From positions 10,106,001 through 10,170,000 of the forward strand of contig JBHGNT010000008.1 in the NCBI GenBank assembly GCA_043228905.1: 64,000 nucleotides of DNA, written 5' to 3'. Shown here one piece after another: positions 1 to 11,872 of this stretch. The position numbers and the translations under genes were made by a program. The number at the start of each line of letters is the position of its first letter. The stretch's first letter is position 1. The notes under the pieces were generated by a model. It was not told the DNA's origin. It ran no database searches and saw only the letters and a program-made list of their open reading frames with translations. This DNA comes from Azolla caroliniana. Taxonomy: Eukaryota > Plantae > Polypodiophyta.

Positions 1-3
1 ACA

Positions 4-3000
4 CTATCCCTCCTTCGAGAACGCCAAGTGGAAGTCGGCGTTAACATTGTTGGGCCGGGCTTGTTTGGATAGTGACGATGGAAGTCGTTGACCAGAGCTT
101 CAGCATTACAAACGTTATCGATGGGTTCCCAAGTGCGATCACTCGGAGGATAACCAAGCCAATCAACTAGATAATAAAGCTTATTGCGCACAATCTTAGA
201 ATCGAGAATAGCAGCTACCTCGTATTCGGGGCCGTCCACAAGTTGTACAGAAGGCGGTGGTGGCACAACACGATCAGGAATTAAAGAGGTGTGGAAAGGT
301 TCCAAAAGAGAGCTATGAAAGACAGGGTAAAGCCGCATATGTGCAGGAAGGTTAAGACGAAATGTTGCATCATTAATCTACGCCGTGATGACAAAAGGAC
401 CTAAGCGTTGATAGTCAAGCTTAGCACACGGTCGGGTAGTCTTGATGTGATGACGAAGCAACCATACACGGTCACCAACCTTAAACGGAGACTTAAGACG
501 ATGTCGATCGGCATTGGTCTTATGGTGTGCTTGCGCTTTCTGAAGATGTGACGATAACTCGAACTGGATTTGTTGTAGTCGGTGGAGGTGATGCGCCGCA
601 CTAGGGTTTTGTGACACCTCGGGAAGATCTAGTATACACCATCGAGGGTGGTTGCCAGTGTAGGCAAAGAAAGGTGTAACTTTGGTAGAAGAGTGGACCG
701 TGTTGTTGTATGCAAACTCAGCAAGATGTAAAATTTTACTCCAATCATCTTGTTGATAACTAATGAAACATCGAAGATATTGCTCGAGCGTTTGATTTGT
801 GCGCTCTGTTTGTCCGTCAGTTTGTGGATGATAAGCCGAAGAGAGTTTGCAAGAGATTTTGAGGCCTGCCCATAGGTGCTTCCAAAAGTGTGAGATAAAT
901 TGAGAACCTCGATCGCTAATAATATCATTCGGGAGACCATGATGGCGAAACACTTCACGCATAATGAGATCTGCATTTTCTTCACTATTGATGGTCTTTA
1001 CACATGGTACAAAATGTGCCATCTTGGTGAACCGATCCACTACTGTTAAAATAGTACCAAAGCCTTTGGAAGGTGGCAGATCCGTAATGAAATCCATAGA
1101 AATAGACTGCCATGGCTTGTTGGGAGGGGGTAATGGTTGTAGTAAGCCATAAGGGTGATGCCGGGGTATTTTGGCGCGATAGCAGGTGTCACAAGTGCGA
1201 ACATAATCTTCGACAAATTTTTGCAAATGAGGCCACCAAAACGAACGTTTCACCAGCTCAATGGTCTTGGAAATACCAAAATGTCCAGCCATGGGGGCAT
1301 CATGACAATGTTCCAACACTTGAAGTCGGGGTGATCCGTCGGGGACGTAAAGGAGATTCTTGTAGAAGAGTAAACCATCTTGCCACTTGAAGTCCTGATA
1401 ATGTTGAGATGACCCTGGCAATGTGGAGCAAGATGGACGACTTGAACCACAGTGGGCTAAGACATCCTTAGCAAAATCATCCGAATGAAGTTGTTGCCGA
1501 ATAGTGTCAAGAAGGGTAGAATCAAGTGGTGTGGCATAAATTGTTGTTACCTGTAGCTTTGATGGCCCGAGGAGAGTTTGCATTTGATTGTCAAAGGCCG
1601 GATCTCCAGGTCGAAGTGCTAGATACGAACGCCGAGACAGAGCATCTGCTTTCCCTTGTTGTTTTCCGGGGCGAAAAATGATCTTGAAATCGAAACGCGT
1701 TAGAAATTGGGCCCACCGAGCTTGTCGTCTATTTAATACTCGAGCTGTTTGAAAATATGTGAGATTTAGGTGATCCTTCTCGAAAATGACGCCATTGCTC
1801 GAATGAGTCGACCAGAGCTAGTAACTCCTTGTCATGCACCTCATAGTTTATCTCCGAAACAGTAAACTTTCTCGAGTGAAACGTGACTGGATGTATCTGC
1901 CCGTCCTCGCCTGGTTGCGATAGTCTGCCCGTCCTCGCCTGGTTGCGATAGGATACTCCCCAATGCAAAGTCTGATGCATCCGCCTCAATAGTAAATGGC
2001 TTTTCAGGATCAATATGTGCTAGGATGGGTGCTGATGTGAATGCCTCTTTTAGCTGCGTAAAAGCCTTGTCCGCTTCGATACTCCAAAAAAATGCTTGAT
2101 TTTTCTTGGTGAGTTGAGTAAGGGGCAACACAATGGTTGAATAATTATGTATGAATTTGCGATAGAAGTTCGCAAATCCGAGGAAACACTGGACATCCCG
2201 AACTGAGCATGGGGGTTTCCATTCCAATATTGTTTGGACTTTTGCCGGGTCCATGAAAACACCCTAGGATGAAATAGTGTATCCCAAAAATTCGACTTGT
2301 TTGCAATCAAAACTGCATTTCTCAAGTTTGGCGTAAAGACCATACTTCCTTAGGCGTTCAAGTACTTGTCGCACATGTATATCATGCTCCCCCTGTGTTT
2401 TAGAGTAAATCAATAGATCATCTAGGTAGATGATTAGAGAAATATCCAAGAAATCCCGGAAGATGTCATTTGCCATATGTTGGAATACGGCAGGTGCCTT
2501 TGTGAGCCCGAAAGGCATGACTGTATACTCGAAATGACCATACCGAGTACGAAATGTTGTTTTCCACTCATCTCCCGGTCGAATTCGAACAAGATTATAT
2601 GCACCCCTTAGATCAATTTTGGTAAAATGCTTTGCCCCACCAATGCGTTCTAAGAGATTGGAGATTAAAAGTAAAGCATACCTATTCCTTATGGTGACTT
2701 TATTTAAGCCTCGATAGTCCACGACCAAACGAAGGGAGCCGTCCTTTTTCTTCACAAAAAAGATAGGAGCACCAGCTGGAGACTTTGAATGTCGAATAAA
2801 CCCATGTGCAAGATTTTCCTCGATGTATTCTCGAAGAACCTCAAGCTCAGTGGGTGATAAATTGTAAATCGGACCCCACGGAAGCTCTTTTCCTAGTTGG
2901 AGATCAATAGGACAGTCGTACGGCCGATGCTTTGGAAGAACACTAGCTTTGACTTTGTCGAAAACATCAGTATAGTCTTGATATTTTTTGGGAATTTGGA

Positions 3001-3679
3001 TGTCTGAATTCCCTTGAGTGACACTAGAAGGTGTCACTAATACTGCAAATAAGAAAAGGTCCTCCTTGCCTCCCACTTGGTGCAATTGTTGCAATGTGAT
3101 GGCTGAAATTTGATGAGAAGGATATGGTGCATCGGTAGAACTATATACTTTGGGAGGATAATCCCGAGTTCGATCCTTGACAATGATATTTTCTGCTAAA
3201 GGGCACCTAATTTCTCGCTTCCTGCAATCGATTCTAGGGTTATGTAGCTCGAACCATGGCAAACCGAGGACAATTGGATGCTCAGGACTACGGATTATGT
3301 TAAAGGAAACTACACATCCTAAATCACCCAAGAGTATGTGTATTGGCTCAGACTCTTCAAATATCTTCCCGGAAGCTATGGGGCGTCCATCAATCACTAC
3401 TACGGAAACTGGACAAGGAAGTGTATGCAAGGATATTTGGTGTTTTTGGGCAAAATCTCTATCCATGAAACAAGAATTGGCTCCAGTATCTAAGAGGGCT
3501 TGGACTTGAAGTTGACAACTGGGTGTCCTAACTTGTACTAGGGCTGAGAAGACTCTACTAACATGCTTGGAAGAAATGGAACCCACACTAGGTTGTACAT
3601 ATCTAGGGTTGTCCAACCAAATGGCTCCTATTTTGGCCGGACTTATTCGTTTGACTCCTCTTCTAATTGGCTTAGGACT
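4..3679 (-). pseudogene. pol: Pol (PR-RT-RH-IN-chromodomain), disrupted
   Basis: Frame break at about 2260; 28-bp tandem duplication at 1896-1951; another break at about 1775; TAG at 378-380 before the chromodomain EYEVAAILDSKIVRNKLYYLVDWLGYPPSDRTWEP. Confidence 0.92.
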
Positions 3680-4806
3680 TCAAATTTATTGGACAAGGGT
3701 GGATTATTCATAATATTAGATTCACTAACTACTTCTAAAATGTTGGACTCATTTTTATTGTCATAGTGAATTTGATTTACCTGACGTCTCGGCCTACGGG
3801 AGCAATGAATGGCTATATGTCCTGGACCTCCACAATATAAGCACAGATGGTTTGCTCGACGACGTTGCTTCTCTTCGTCTGACAACGGTCCTCGTCGTTG
3901 AGTCATATCGATCTCCATGGGTGTAGGACTATCCATTGGGACTGGACTACGTGTTTGCCTTGGAGTTGGAGCAGGGCTATACATTTGCCTTGGGGATGAT
4001 TGCGCCGTTACTGATGCATAAGTTGGTGTGAATCTAGATCTTGTTATTTGTTGTTGTCGCTCACATCGACGCTCAAAAAGGCGATTATCACACCGTATTG
4101 CTCGACTAATAGCTTCTGTAAGTGACCTTGGATCCTCGGGGAAGGTAAGAAGTAAGTCTTTGACATCATTACGAAGGCCTGAACGGAATTGCTCCATTAG
4201 GGCTTGTTCATCCCAAGGAATATCGCTTGCGATGAGACGGAAATTGGCAGCATATGTTGAAGCTGGTTGATCACCTTGACGAAGTGTACGAGTCTTGTTG
4301 ATAGTTGTTCTCGCCCCATCAGTATCTCCGAAACAATCCTTAAATTCCTTGATAAATTCCTCGAAATTATTCAGTAGAGGAGAATTGGTCTCTAACAATG
4401 GAGCAAACCACGACAACGTTATGCCAGTCAATAAAGTGCCCACTAGCCCGACTCGTGATGCATCTGTTGGATAACGTGCGGGATGCATTTGAATCACCAA
4501 CCGTACTTGATTCAAAAAACCTCGGAAATGCGCCCTCGACCCATCAAATTTAGCTGGGAGGCTAATTTTGGGCTCCTTGATAAGTCCCTGACCTTCAACC
4601 CTTTGTTGTTGTAACACGACGATTGTCGACTCTAACTGTTGCACTCGTCGCGTGAACTCCTCTTGTTGTTGTTGCTTCTCTATAGTAACCTTTTGTAGAT
4701 CCCCAAGTAGACGTTGATTCTCTACTTCAAGAGATGTGAACTTGGATTTAAGGTTCTCCATTTCTACAACAAGGGTGAGATATTCTTCTGAGTTAATGGC
4801 AGCCAT
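3643..4806 (-). CDS. gag: Gag (coiled coil, Ty3-type capsid, CCHC knuckle)
   Basis: Intact 387-aa ORF: PAKFDGSR, LRQGDQPASTY...F, PMEID, CLYCGGPGHIAIHC. Confidence 0.92.
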   Translation of the reverse strand: MAAINSEEYLTLVVEMENLKSKFTSLEVENQRLLGDLQKVTIEKQQQQEEFTRRVQQLESTIVVLQQQRVEGQGLIKEPKISLPAKFDGSRAHFRGFLNQVRLVIQMHPARYPTDASRVGLVGTLLTGITLSWFAPLLETNSPLLNNFEEFIKEFKDCFGDTDGARTTINKTRTLRQGDQPASTYAANFRLIASDIPWDEQALMEQFRSGLRNDVKDLLLTFPEDPRSLTEAISRAIRCDNRLFERRCERQQQITRSRFTPTYASVTAQSSPRQMYSPAPTPRQTRSPVPMDSPTPMEIDMTQRRGPLSDEEKQRRRANHLCLYCGGPGHIAIHCSRRPRRQVNQIHYDNKNESNILEVVSESNIMNNPPLSNKFEVLSQLEEESNE

Positions 4807-4856
4807 GGTTTCAGGATGGTTACAAAGGAGGATAAGAGAGAGAGAGAGAGTGAGAG

Positions 4857-4868
4857 AATTCGAATCAA
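4857..4868 (-). promoter_or_regulatory. Self-priming primer-binding site (not tRNA-complementary)
   Basis: TTGATTCGAATT lies 2 nt after the LTR and is the exact complement of AATTCGAATCAA at 5002-4991, which starts 32 nt downstream of the TATA. Confidence 0.85.
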
Positions 4869-4870
4869 AC

Positions 4871-5281
4871 TGTCAGAACCAAGGATAAAAGATAGAGTGA
4901 TGGAAGAAGGATAGAGAAGAATGGATGTATAAAAGATAGAGAAAGAAAGAGAATGGATACAAGATATGTAATGAGAGCTAAAGACTGGTGTTGATTCGAA
5001 TTGATTTGAGAATACATGTATGCACTTATTTATAGGTTCCTATAGAATAGCTTAGAGATTTCTAGAATGTTCTAGAATGTTCTAGACCTAGAATGCTCTA
5101 GGACATTCTAGAACATTCTAGAATAATCTAGAGTTTTTACAATAATCAATGTAATACAAGAAGTAGCTTTTATTGTTTCATATAACAATAAGCTATCTTA
5201 ATGGTTGAGGTTTTCAAGTATGAATTACAAGGTTCGAGGTTCAAGTCCGGGTGACGCCATAATGGTCATGTGTTCATGACA
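4871..5281 (-). repeat. 5' LTR of chromovirus (411 bp)
   Basis: TGTCA...TGACA termini; TATAAAT at 5034-5028; U3 TCTAGAA repeats at about 5050-5135; abuts an interrupted integrase at 5282. Confidence 0.9.
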
Positions 5282-6012
5282 CTGAGGAGCTGTTCGACCG
5301 GCTAGGCGTCAAACTCTCTCTCACTACGGCATACAATCCGGAGGCAAACAGAAAGGTGGAACGTGGGCACGGTCCGATCGTAAAGGCGTTGGTGCGTGCT
5401 TGCGGAGGGCAGGTCGGAAATTGGCCGCGGCTCCTTCCTTACGCACTATGGGCGGACCGAACTACGCACAGTTCGGTGACAGGGTTTATGCCGGCAGAGC
5501 TGATGTATGGACAAAAGCCGATCATGCTGGTGGAATAGATGGTTTCTTCATGGACGGTGGTAGATTGGAAGGACGAAATGAGCCGGGAGGAGTTGCTGGC
5601 GGCGCGGATTCGGCAACTTGAGCGGAGGCCGGAGGACGTGATACAGGCAAAGGAAAAGCTATGAGCGGCAAGGGAGCGAAACAAGACCCAGTTCAACCGG
5701 ACGCATCGGTTGCGACCAAAGAAGATCGAGGAAGGCAACTGGGTCTTGGTATACGACAGCAGCCTCGACAATTAGCACAAGGCGGTGCGAAAGTTCGCTA
5801 GGAGATGGTTCGGGCCCTACACGGTGACGAGCGTGAACGACAACGACACGTACCACCTCGCGGAACTCGACGGTACACGGTTAGCGGTGCCGGTGGCCGG
5901 GAAGTGGATCAAAGAGTTCAAGAAGTGGTTCGAAGATGAGCCAGAGCCGGCGAGTGAGAGTAACGACGACGATCAGTTCGGGCCCGGCGGAGAATCGGAG
6001 ACCGACGAGTGA
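5282..6012 (+). pseudogene. Gypsy (non-chromovirus) integrase, C-terminal half
   Basis: TTAYNPEANRKVERGH, WPRLLPYALWADRTT, RRWFGPY; several in-frame stops; 5' side cut by the chromovirus LTR. Confidence 0.85.
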
Positions 6013-6077
6013 AGCCGGTTTTCTTCGGTACCCGTCTCTGGCGCATGCCGGTGGATGCGCGGTTTGGTGGGGGTGGA

Positions 6078-6660
6078 TGTCGTGAAGAAAACCGGCCATA
6101 GGCGGAATCGAAGGAAAAGGCACATGAATCGGCTCTTACACGGGTGGACACGAGGATTGATATATTGTACATAATTCGTAATTAAGGCGACTGGTGTAAA
6201 TACTAGGTAGTGCGCATTTATTAGGGGATTTTCTGCGTATCTTTGTCGACAGGAACAGGGAATAAAGCAGTTTAGCTAAGGAAAAGGGGGCACCCCTTTT
6301 GGGGGGAACTATTTAAGGAGGGAGGGGAAAAAGGAACAGGTATCGTGCGCTAGGGAGGACGAAGTGTTGCTGCTGATCTAGGTGCCGAGCTCTCTCTTCT
6401 CCTCCGATCGTCGGTCTCTGTGGGTCGGGAGTTCGCTGCCTCTGACTCGTGGACAGCCCATGCGCTTCCAACAGAGGCTCTCCCCCCTTTGTTTTGTTTC
6501 TAAGAGTCGAGCGAGTGCTGTCTGTGTGCGTGAGTAGGATCCCCGTGTCAGGTCCATCGCCTTGTCGGTTGTAACCGTTGTATTCTCTTGTCATTGTAAT
6601 CTCTTGTTATTGAAACCAAGTGTTACGCTCTATATCTCTCCTTCTTGCTCCGCGTATCTA

Positions 6661-6753
<93 letters not shown>

Positions 6754-6814
6754 CCTCGGTTCAAGACCCCCGTGGTCCCGCCCCTTTTACACACACGCAC
6801 GTAACAACGCGACA
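6078..6814 (+). repeat. 3' LTR of gypsy element 1, containing (CT)n at about 6665-6750
   Basis: Follows the PPT-like GGTGGGGGTGGA; TGTCGTG...ACGCGACA termini. Confidence 0.8.
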
Positions 6815-6849
6815 ACGTACCGGTGGACGTGCGGTTTGGTGGGGGCGGA

Positions 6850-7551
6850 TGTCGTGAAATTTCTGGCACATAGTGAGAAACCGAGAGATATTGGAGGGAT
6901 CGGCGAGGTGCACCGTGTGCACCCATCCTTGTAAAATTGTGTGAATAGTAGGATTCAAGTCGGGATAGAGAATCCCATGTAAGTTGGGATTTATCCCACA
7001 TTGTAACACATCCCTCTCCTTGTTCTATAAAAGGAGGGGATGGTCCCTTGTAGAAGGGTTGCCCATTTTGAGTCGTAAGGGTATACCATTTGTGTTTCTT
7101 TCTAGGTTAGCTTCTCTTCTTCTATGCGTAGCCGGCTCGGGACCGTGGTTGTATCTTCCCCTTTTTTTTTGAGGTTTGCTTCTACTTGGTCCTGTGCAAG
7201 ACCCCGCTCGGCGCGATAGCCCGTGAGCTCCCCGACCGGCGGCTCAGCAACCGACAACAGTTGTAACCTACCTTGGTCCGACTAGAAGCCGGATTTGTAT
7301 TATTTCCCTTGTAATATACACATTTGCGTTTGTTTGTGCATATCGGTGTACTTGGTGGTGTCGAGCGCACAACTCCTTTGCTTCCTATGCAAAGGAGTCG
7401 GTGTCGCACGCACGCTCTCTCTCTCTCTCCCTCTCTCTTGTTCGGTTGCTTCCGGAACGCGCCCGGAATCGTCTTCTCGGCTTCCCTTCTTCCCTCGTCC
7501 GAGACCCCCGTGGTCCCTCCCTTATACACGCACACACGTAACAACGCGACA
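6850..7551 (+). repeat. 3' LTR of related gypsy element 2
   Basis: PPT-like GGTGGGGGCGGA, then TGTCGTG...ACGCGACA; last about 55 bp are homologous to LTR1; followed directly by copia protease sequence. Confidence 0.8.
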
Positions 7552-10500
7552 TTGGAAAAGTAAGGAGTGATCAAAACAAGAGACCACACTCCGCATACCA
7601 TCGAACATGTTGGTGAAGTTCCCCTCAATCACGTTGGAAAACATGGGAAGCTCATGAACGTGCTACAAGTCCTGACAATAACCAAGAACCTAGTGCCGAT
7701 CGGCGAGATCGTTGACCAAGGGATGCAAGTTCGATTCACGCATCTCAGGTGCTTCATAGAAGAGGAAGGCAAGATAATTGCGCAAGAGCATTGTGAAGGG
7801 AGGATGTTTATCTTCGAGACCAACGATGTAGGCAACGCTATGTTCACGAAAGGACAAAAGGTCGAATCAGATATCGACATGTGGCACAAGCAGTTCGGCC
7901 ACGTCAATTTCCCGAAGTTTCGAGAAATGCAGACGAAAAATATCGTTTTCGGCTTGCCGAAATTTAGTGGTCGAAAGGGCCAAGTCTGTGAAGCCTGCCA
8001 ATTGGGAAAGCATCACTGACTTCCATTCCTCAATGATCATAACCGGAGTCGAAATACGCTCGATGTGATCCATTCGGATGTATGGGGATCGGCACAGAAC
8101 GTGAGTCTCGGTGGAAGCTGATATTTTGTGACTTTCATCGATGACTTCTCTCCGCACACTTGGGCATGCTTGATCGGGAAAATGAGCGAAGTCTTCGCAT
8201 GTTTCCTGAAGGTAAAGAGCCTTGCGGAAAGGGAAACTGGGCGTAAGATCAAGTGCCTACGGTCCGATGGTGGGAAGGAGTACTTCTCCGACCAATTCGC
8301 AAGTTATCTACAGAAGGAGGGAATCCGACACGAATTCTCGTGTAGATACACGCTGCAGCAGAACGGTGTGGCCGAGTGGAAGAATCGGACAATCGAAGAG
8401 GTGGCAAGGGCGATGCTTGAAGAGAAGCATCTACCGAAGTTCTTTTGGGCTAAAGTGGTCAGAACAGCTGTCTACCTACAGAATCAGACTTCTACCAATG
8501 GAGGAGTGTCGCCACATGAGCTGTACTTCAGCAAGAAGCCGAACTTGGCACACCTGAGGGTTCTCGGTAGCATCGCGTATGTGCATGTACCGAAGGAGAC
8601 ACAGAGGAACCTAGACACCAAAACCGAAAAGTGTATCTTGGTTGGCTACTCAGACGAACAGAAGGGTTATAAGTGTTATAACCCCCAAACCAAACAAGAT
8701 CGCGTAAGTTGAGACGTTGTGTTCGAAGTCCGCTTCGTGGTACTTGTCTTCGCCCCCAGTACCCAATGACTCCACTCCAAATTCTGACGAAGAGGTCAGC
8801 AAGGCTGATATGCCTTCACACAATGAGGAGATAGGAGTTGTGGGAGAGAGTCCAATCTCATTTCGGCCAAGTGGGCCGAATGAGGGGTTGAGCCGAAATG
8901 GTCAACCATGTGAAGAGCCGGTGAATAGTGGAGACTCGGTCATGTTGTCCCCGCGTAAGGAACCAAGGAGACCGTTTACGTGTAGAGAGAAGGGGAAGAA
9001 GAAGATGTCGAAGTATGAGTTCGGCAGTGCCGAGTTAGATCGGAGTGAATCTGACTTTGGGCCAATCGAAAAGGAACCTCCGCGAAAGAGGTCGAAGTCA
9101 GCCGAGAGGGCCGTGAAATCGGCTAATCACGAATTACGTTGATCTACCTGCCTAAAGAACCCCATAAAGAGATACAGGTATAATGAGTACATGGCACACC
9201 ATTATGCATACATGACGCGAGTGGCAGAAGTGCGTGAGCCAAAGAGTTACGCAGAAGCGGCGAAAGATGCAAACTAGCATGCCGCGATGGAGGAAGAGAT
9301 GTGTGCGTTATCGAATAATGAGACTTGGGACCTGGTTGACGCACCAAAGGGTGTAAAGTTGATCAGATGCAGATGGGTGTATAAGGTCAAGTACAACACT
9401 TACGGCTCTATCAACCACTACAAGGCCCGATTAGTGGCGAAAGGCTATGCGTAGAAGCACGGTGTGGATTACGAAGAGACCTTTGCGTTGGTCACGAAGA
9501 TGACCACCATGTGTGTTCTGCTAGTCGTAGCAGTGGCGAAGGGGTGGCATCTACATCAGATGGATGTGAAGAATGTATTCCTGCAAGGTGACCTTCAGGA
9601 GCAGGTGTACATGGTACAGTCCCCTGGATTCTTGTCCGAACAGAACACTTCAGCAATGTGTTGATTGAAGAAGTCGTTATACGGACTTAAACAAGCCCTG
9701 CGAGCTAGGAACACGAAGATTACGCAACGGTTGTGTAAGTTAGGGTTTGTGCCATCGAAGTGGACTCTTCATTGTTCGTTCGGCAAGGTCAATATGGACC
9801 GGTTTGTCTTTTACTTTATGTTGATGATTTAGTCATCGCCAGTGCCGACCTGGATGAAATCGGTCGCGTAAAGTCTTAGCTTGCGACATCATTCAACATG
9901 AAGGATCTTGGAGACCTTCATTACTTCCTTGGGATCGAAGTGATCCGCACCCCCGAAGGCATATTGATCAGCCAACGTCATTATGCGTTGAATATGCTCT
10001 TCAAGTTCGGGATGGCAGATTGTAGGCCCATCTCAACCCCTCTTGATAGAAACGTCAAGCTTCGCCAAGATTTGGGAAAGGCGTCCGACCCAACACGATT
10101 CCGACAAATTGTTAGAAGCCTAATCTATTTGACGATCACTCGGCCGGATATCAGCTACCCGGTCAGCCTGATCAATCAATTTATGTCGCAGCCGACGGCC
10201 GAACACTTTGAATGCGTGCAAAGGATACTGCGATATGTCAGCGTCACTAAAGACATGGCGTTGTATCAGGCAGGCGTAGCCGAATAGTTAGTTGGCTACA
10301 TTGATGCCAATTGGGCCGGAAATGCCAACGATCGTAGATCCACATCCAGATACGCATTCTCAATGGGAAGTGCGGCGATCGCGTGGAGCAGTAAGAAGCA
10401 GCCAACAGTAGCACTATCAAGCACGGAGGCCGAATATCGAGGGGCAACTATTGCTATGTGTGAAGTCATTTGGCTAAAACAACTATTACGGGATCTACAT

Positions 10501-11667
10501 GTGGAGGTGTCCGCTCTGACGAAGATCTATTGTGACAACCTCAACAACATCCACCTTGCAAAAAAACCCGTATTTCACGCTCGGACCAAGCACATTGAGG
10601 TGCATTACCATTTTGTCAATGAGCATGTCCTTTCTGGTGAAGTTGAACTAGCGTATGTTCCAACAGGTCGGCAGATTGCCGACATATTCACCAAGCCACT
10701 AGGTCTCGACAAGTTACAACAATTCTCAGATGCGCTTGGGTTGCGCCACCTCGACACGCCGAACTTGAGGGGGAGACAAGAATAGGAGCATGAGCTTGAA
10801 AGGAACGAGAGTTGTCATCGCGGTGGAACTGATCACCACGATGCCGAGTCGGATGAAGAATTCAATTTCGGGTCGGCTGAAGAAGCCGAAGATGAGTACA
10901 GGAGTTGTAACCACAAGGAAGAGCTCAAGACAGCCGAAAAAGGTGGCGATAAGGCCAAGACCAAGACGTGGTCTGACATTGTCAAAGGCCTAAAGACTAA
11001 AGACGAATTGGAGATAGCCAATTCGGATGTAAGCGGAAATGAATCGAAAGTGACCGATTCAATCGAAATGTTCGATTCGGACATGCCGAATCAACTGAGG
11101 GCCAAGCGGAGGAAAGGGCAGTGAAAGAAGCGCCAACACAGCGACAACAAGGGAGCTAAGAAGGGGAGCAGACAAGCCGACCGGAAGGGTCGAGGAGTGC
11201 GTGCGAGGCATGAAGCCAGGAGAAGCCAGAGCGAAGATCCGAAAGAGCAGATGGAACCTCAAGTTGAGATTGAGGGGGAGTGTTGACATACAAGCTCAAC
11301 ATTGGGTGCGTAAACGGGTGCGTAATCCAGTGCGTAGATTGGCTGCATAAAACCGTACGCACAAAGGCCATTAGAGCGTTATTCCTCGTAAGGAATAATT
11401 TTGGGAGTTAGTGTAGGAAGCTCATTAATGAGCATTGAAGTATGTGTTAGTACTCTAACAGTACTTCTGTCTGTCCATAAGGACTTGTATAAAAAGCACC
11501 GATTGAGCGTATCTTGTATAGAGTGTCTGAGAGTTATTTTTAAATCTAAGTTTTGAGTGTTCAACACACACTCTCTCTCCTGCACACGTTGTGTCGTGTT
11601 CAAAGCTTTCCATTAAACCTTCTCTTCATCATCTGTGTTACACGGTTGTGTCTGTTACACTTCCACA
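7552..11667 (+). mobile_element. Degenerate Ty1/copia, 3' part (PR-IN-RT-RH, extension, PPT, 3' LTR 11281-11667)
   Basis: WHKQFGH...[50 protein letters not shown]; TGAGGGGGAG then TGTTG. Same family as 34370-39947. Confidence 0.92.
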
Positions 11668-11689
11668 CACACACTATGGTTTTACATAT

Positions 11690-11872
11690 ATATAATAAAT
11701 AAAAGTGAATAGCTTAGTGGTTCGAGCTATCCACTAGGTTGAAAGGGGTGCAAAGTTTGAATCGATTAATTGTTCCCTTCTCTTTTTCAAAGAAAGAAAG
11801 GAAATAAGCACATCCAATGCAAATTTTAGGCACCTCTTTTTCTCTATAGAAAGAGGAGAAGAGGGCTTAATT
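11690..11872 (+). repeat. LTR-like fragment, inverted homolog of 12797-13005
   Basis: Aligns by eye to the reverse complement of 12797-13005 (TAATAAATAAA.GTGAA ... AGTTTGAATC ... AGGAGAAGAGGGCTTAATT). Confidence 0.7.

Larger units (their letters stand above)
1..5281 (-). mobile_element. Ty3/gypsy chromovirus (Tcn1/Tf1-like) LTR retrotransposon; 3' LTR begins at position 3 and runs off the window
   Basis: 5' LTR 5281-4871 (TGTCA...TGACA), gag, PR (LLDTGA), RT (YLDD), RH (EADASD), IN (H-H-C-C, DFITD, SDRG, TERTN, GPF), chromodomain, then PPT GAAGGAGGGATAG (16-4) followed by TGT. Confidence 0.95.

Noticed and set aside
6620-7001. SLSL/RERE ORFs
   Set aside because: (CT)n microsatellite within an LTR.
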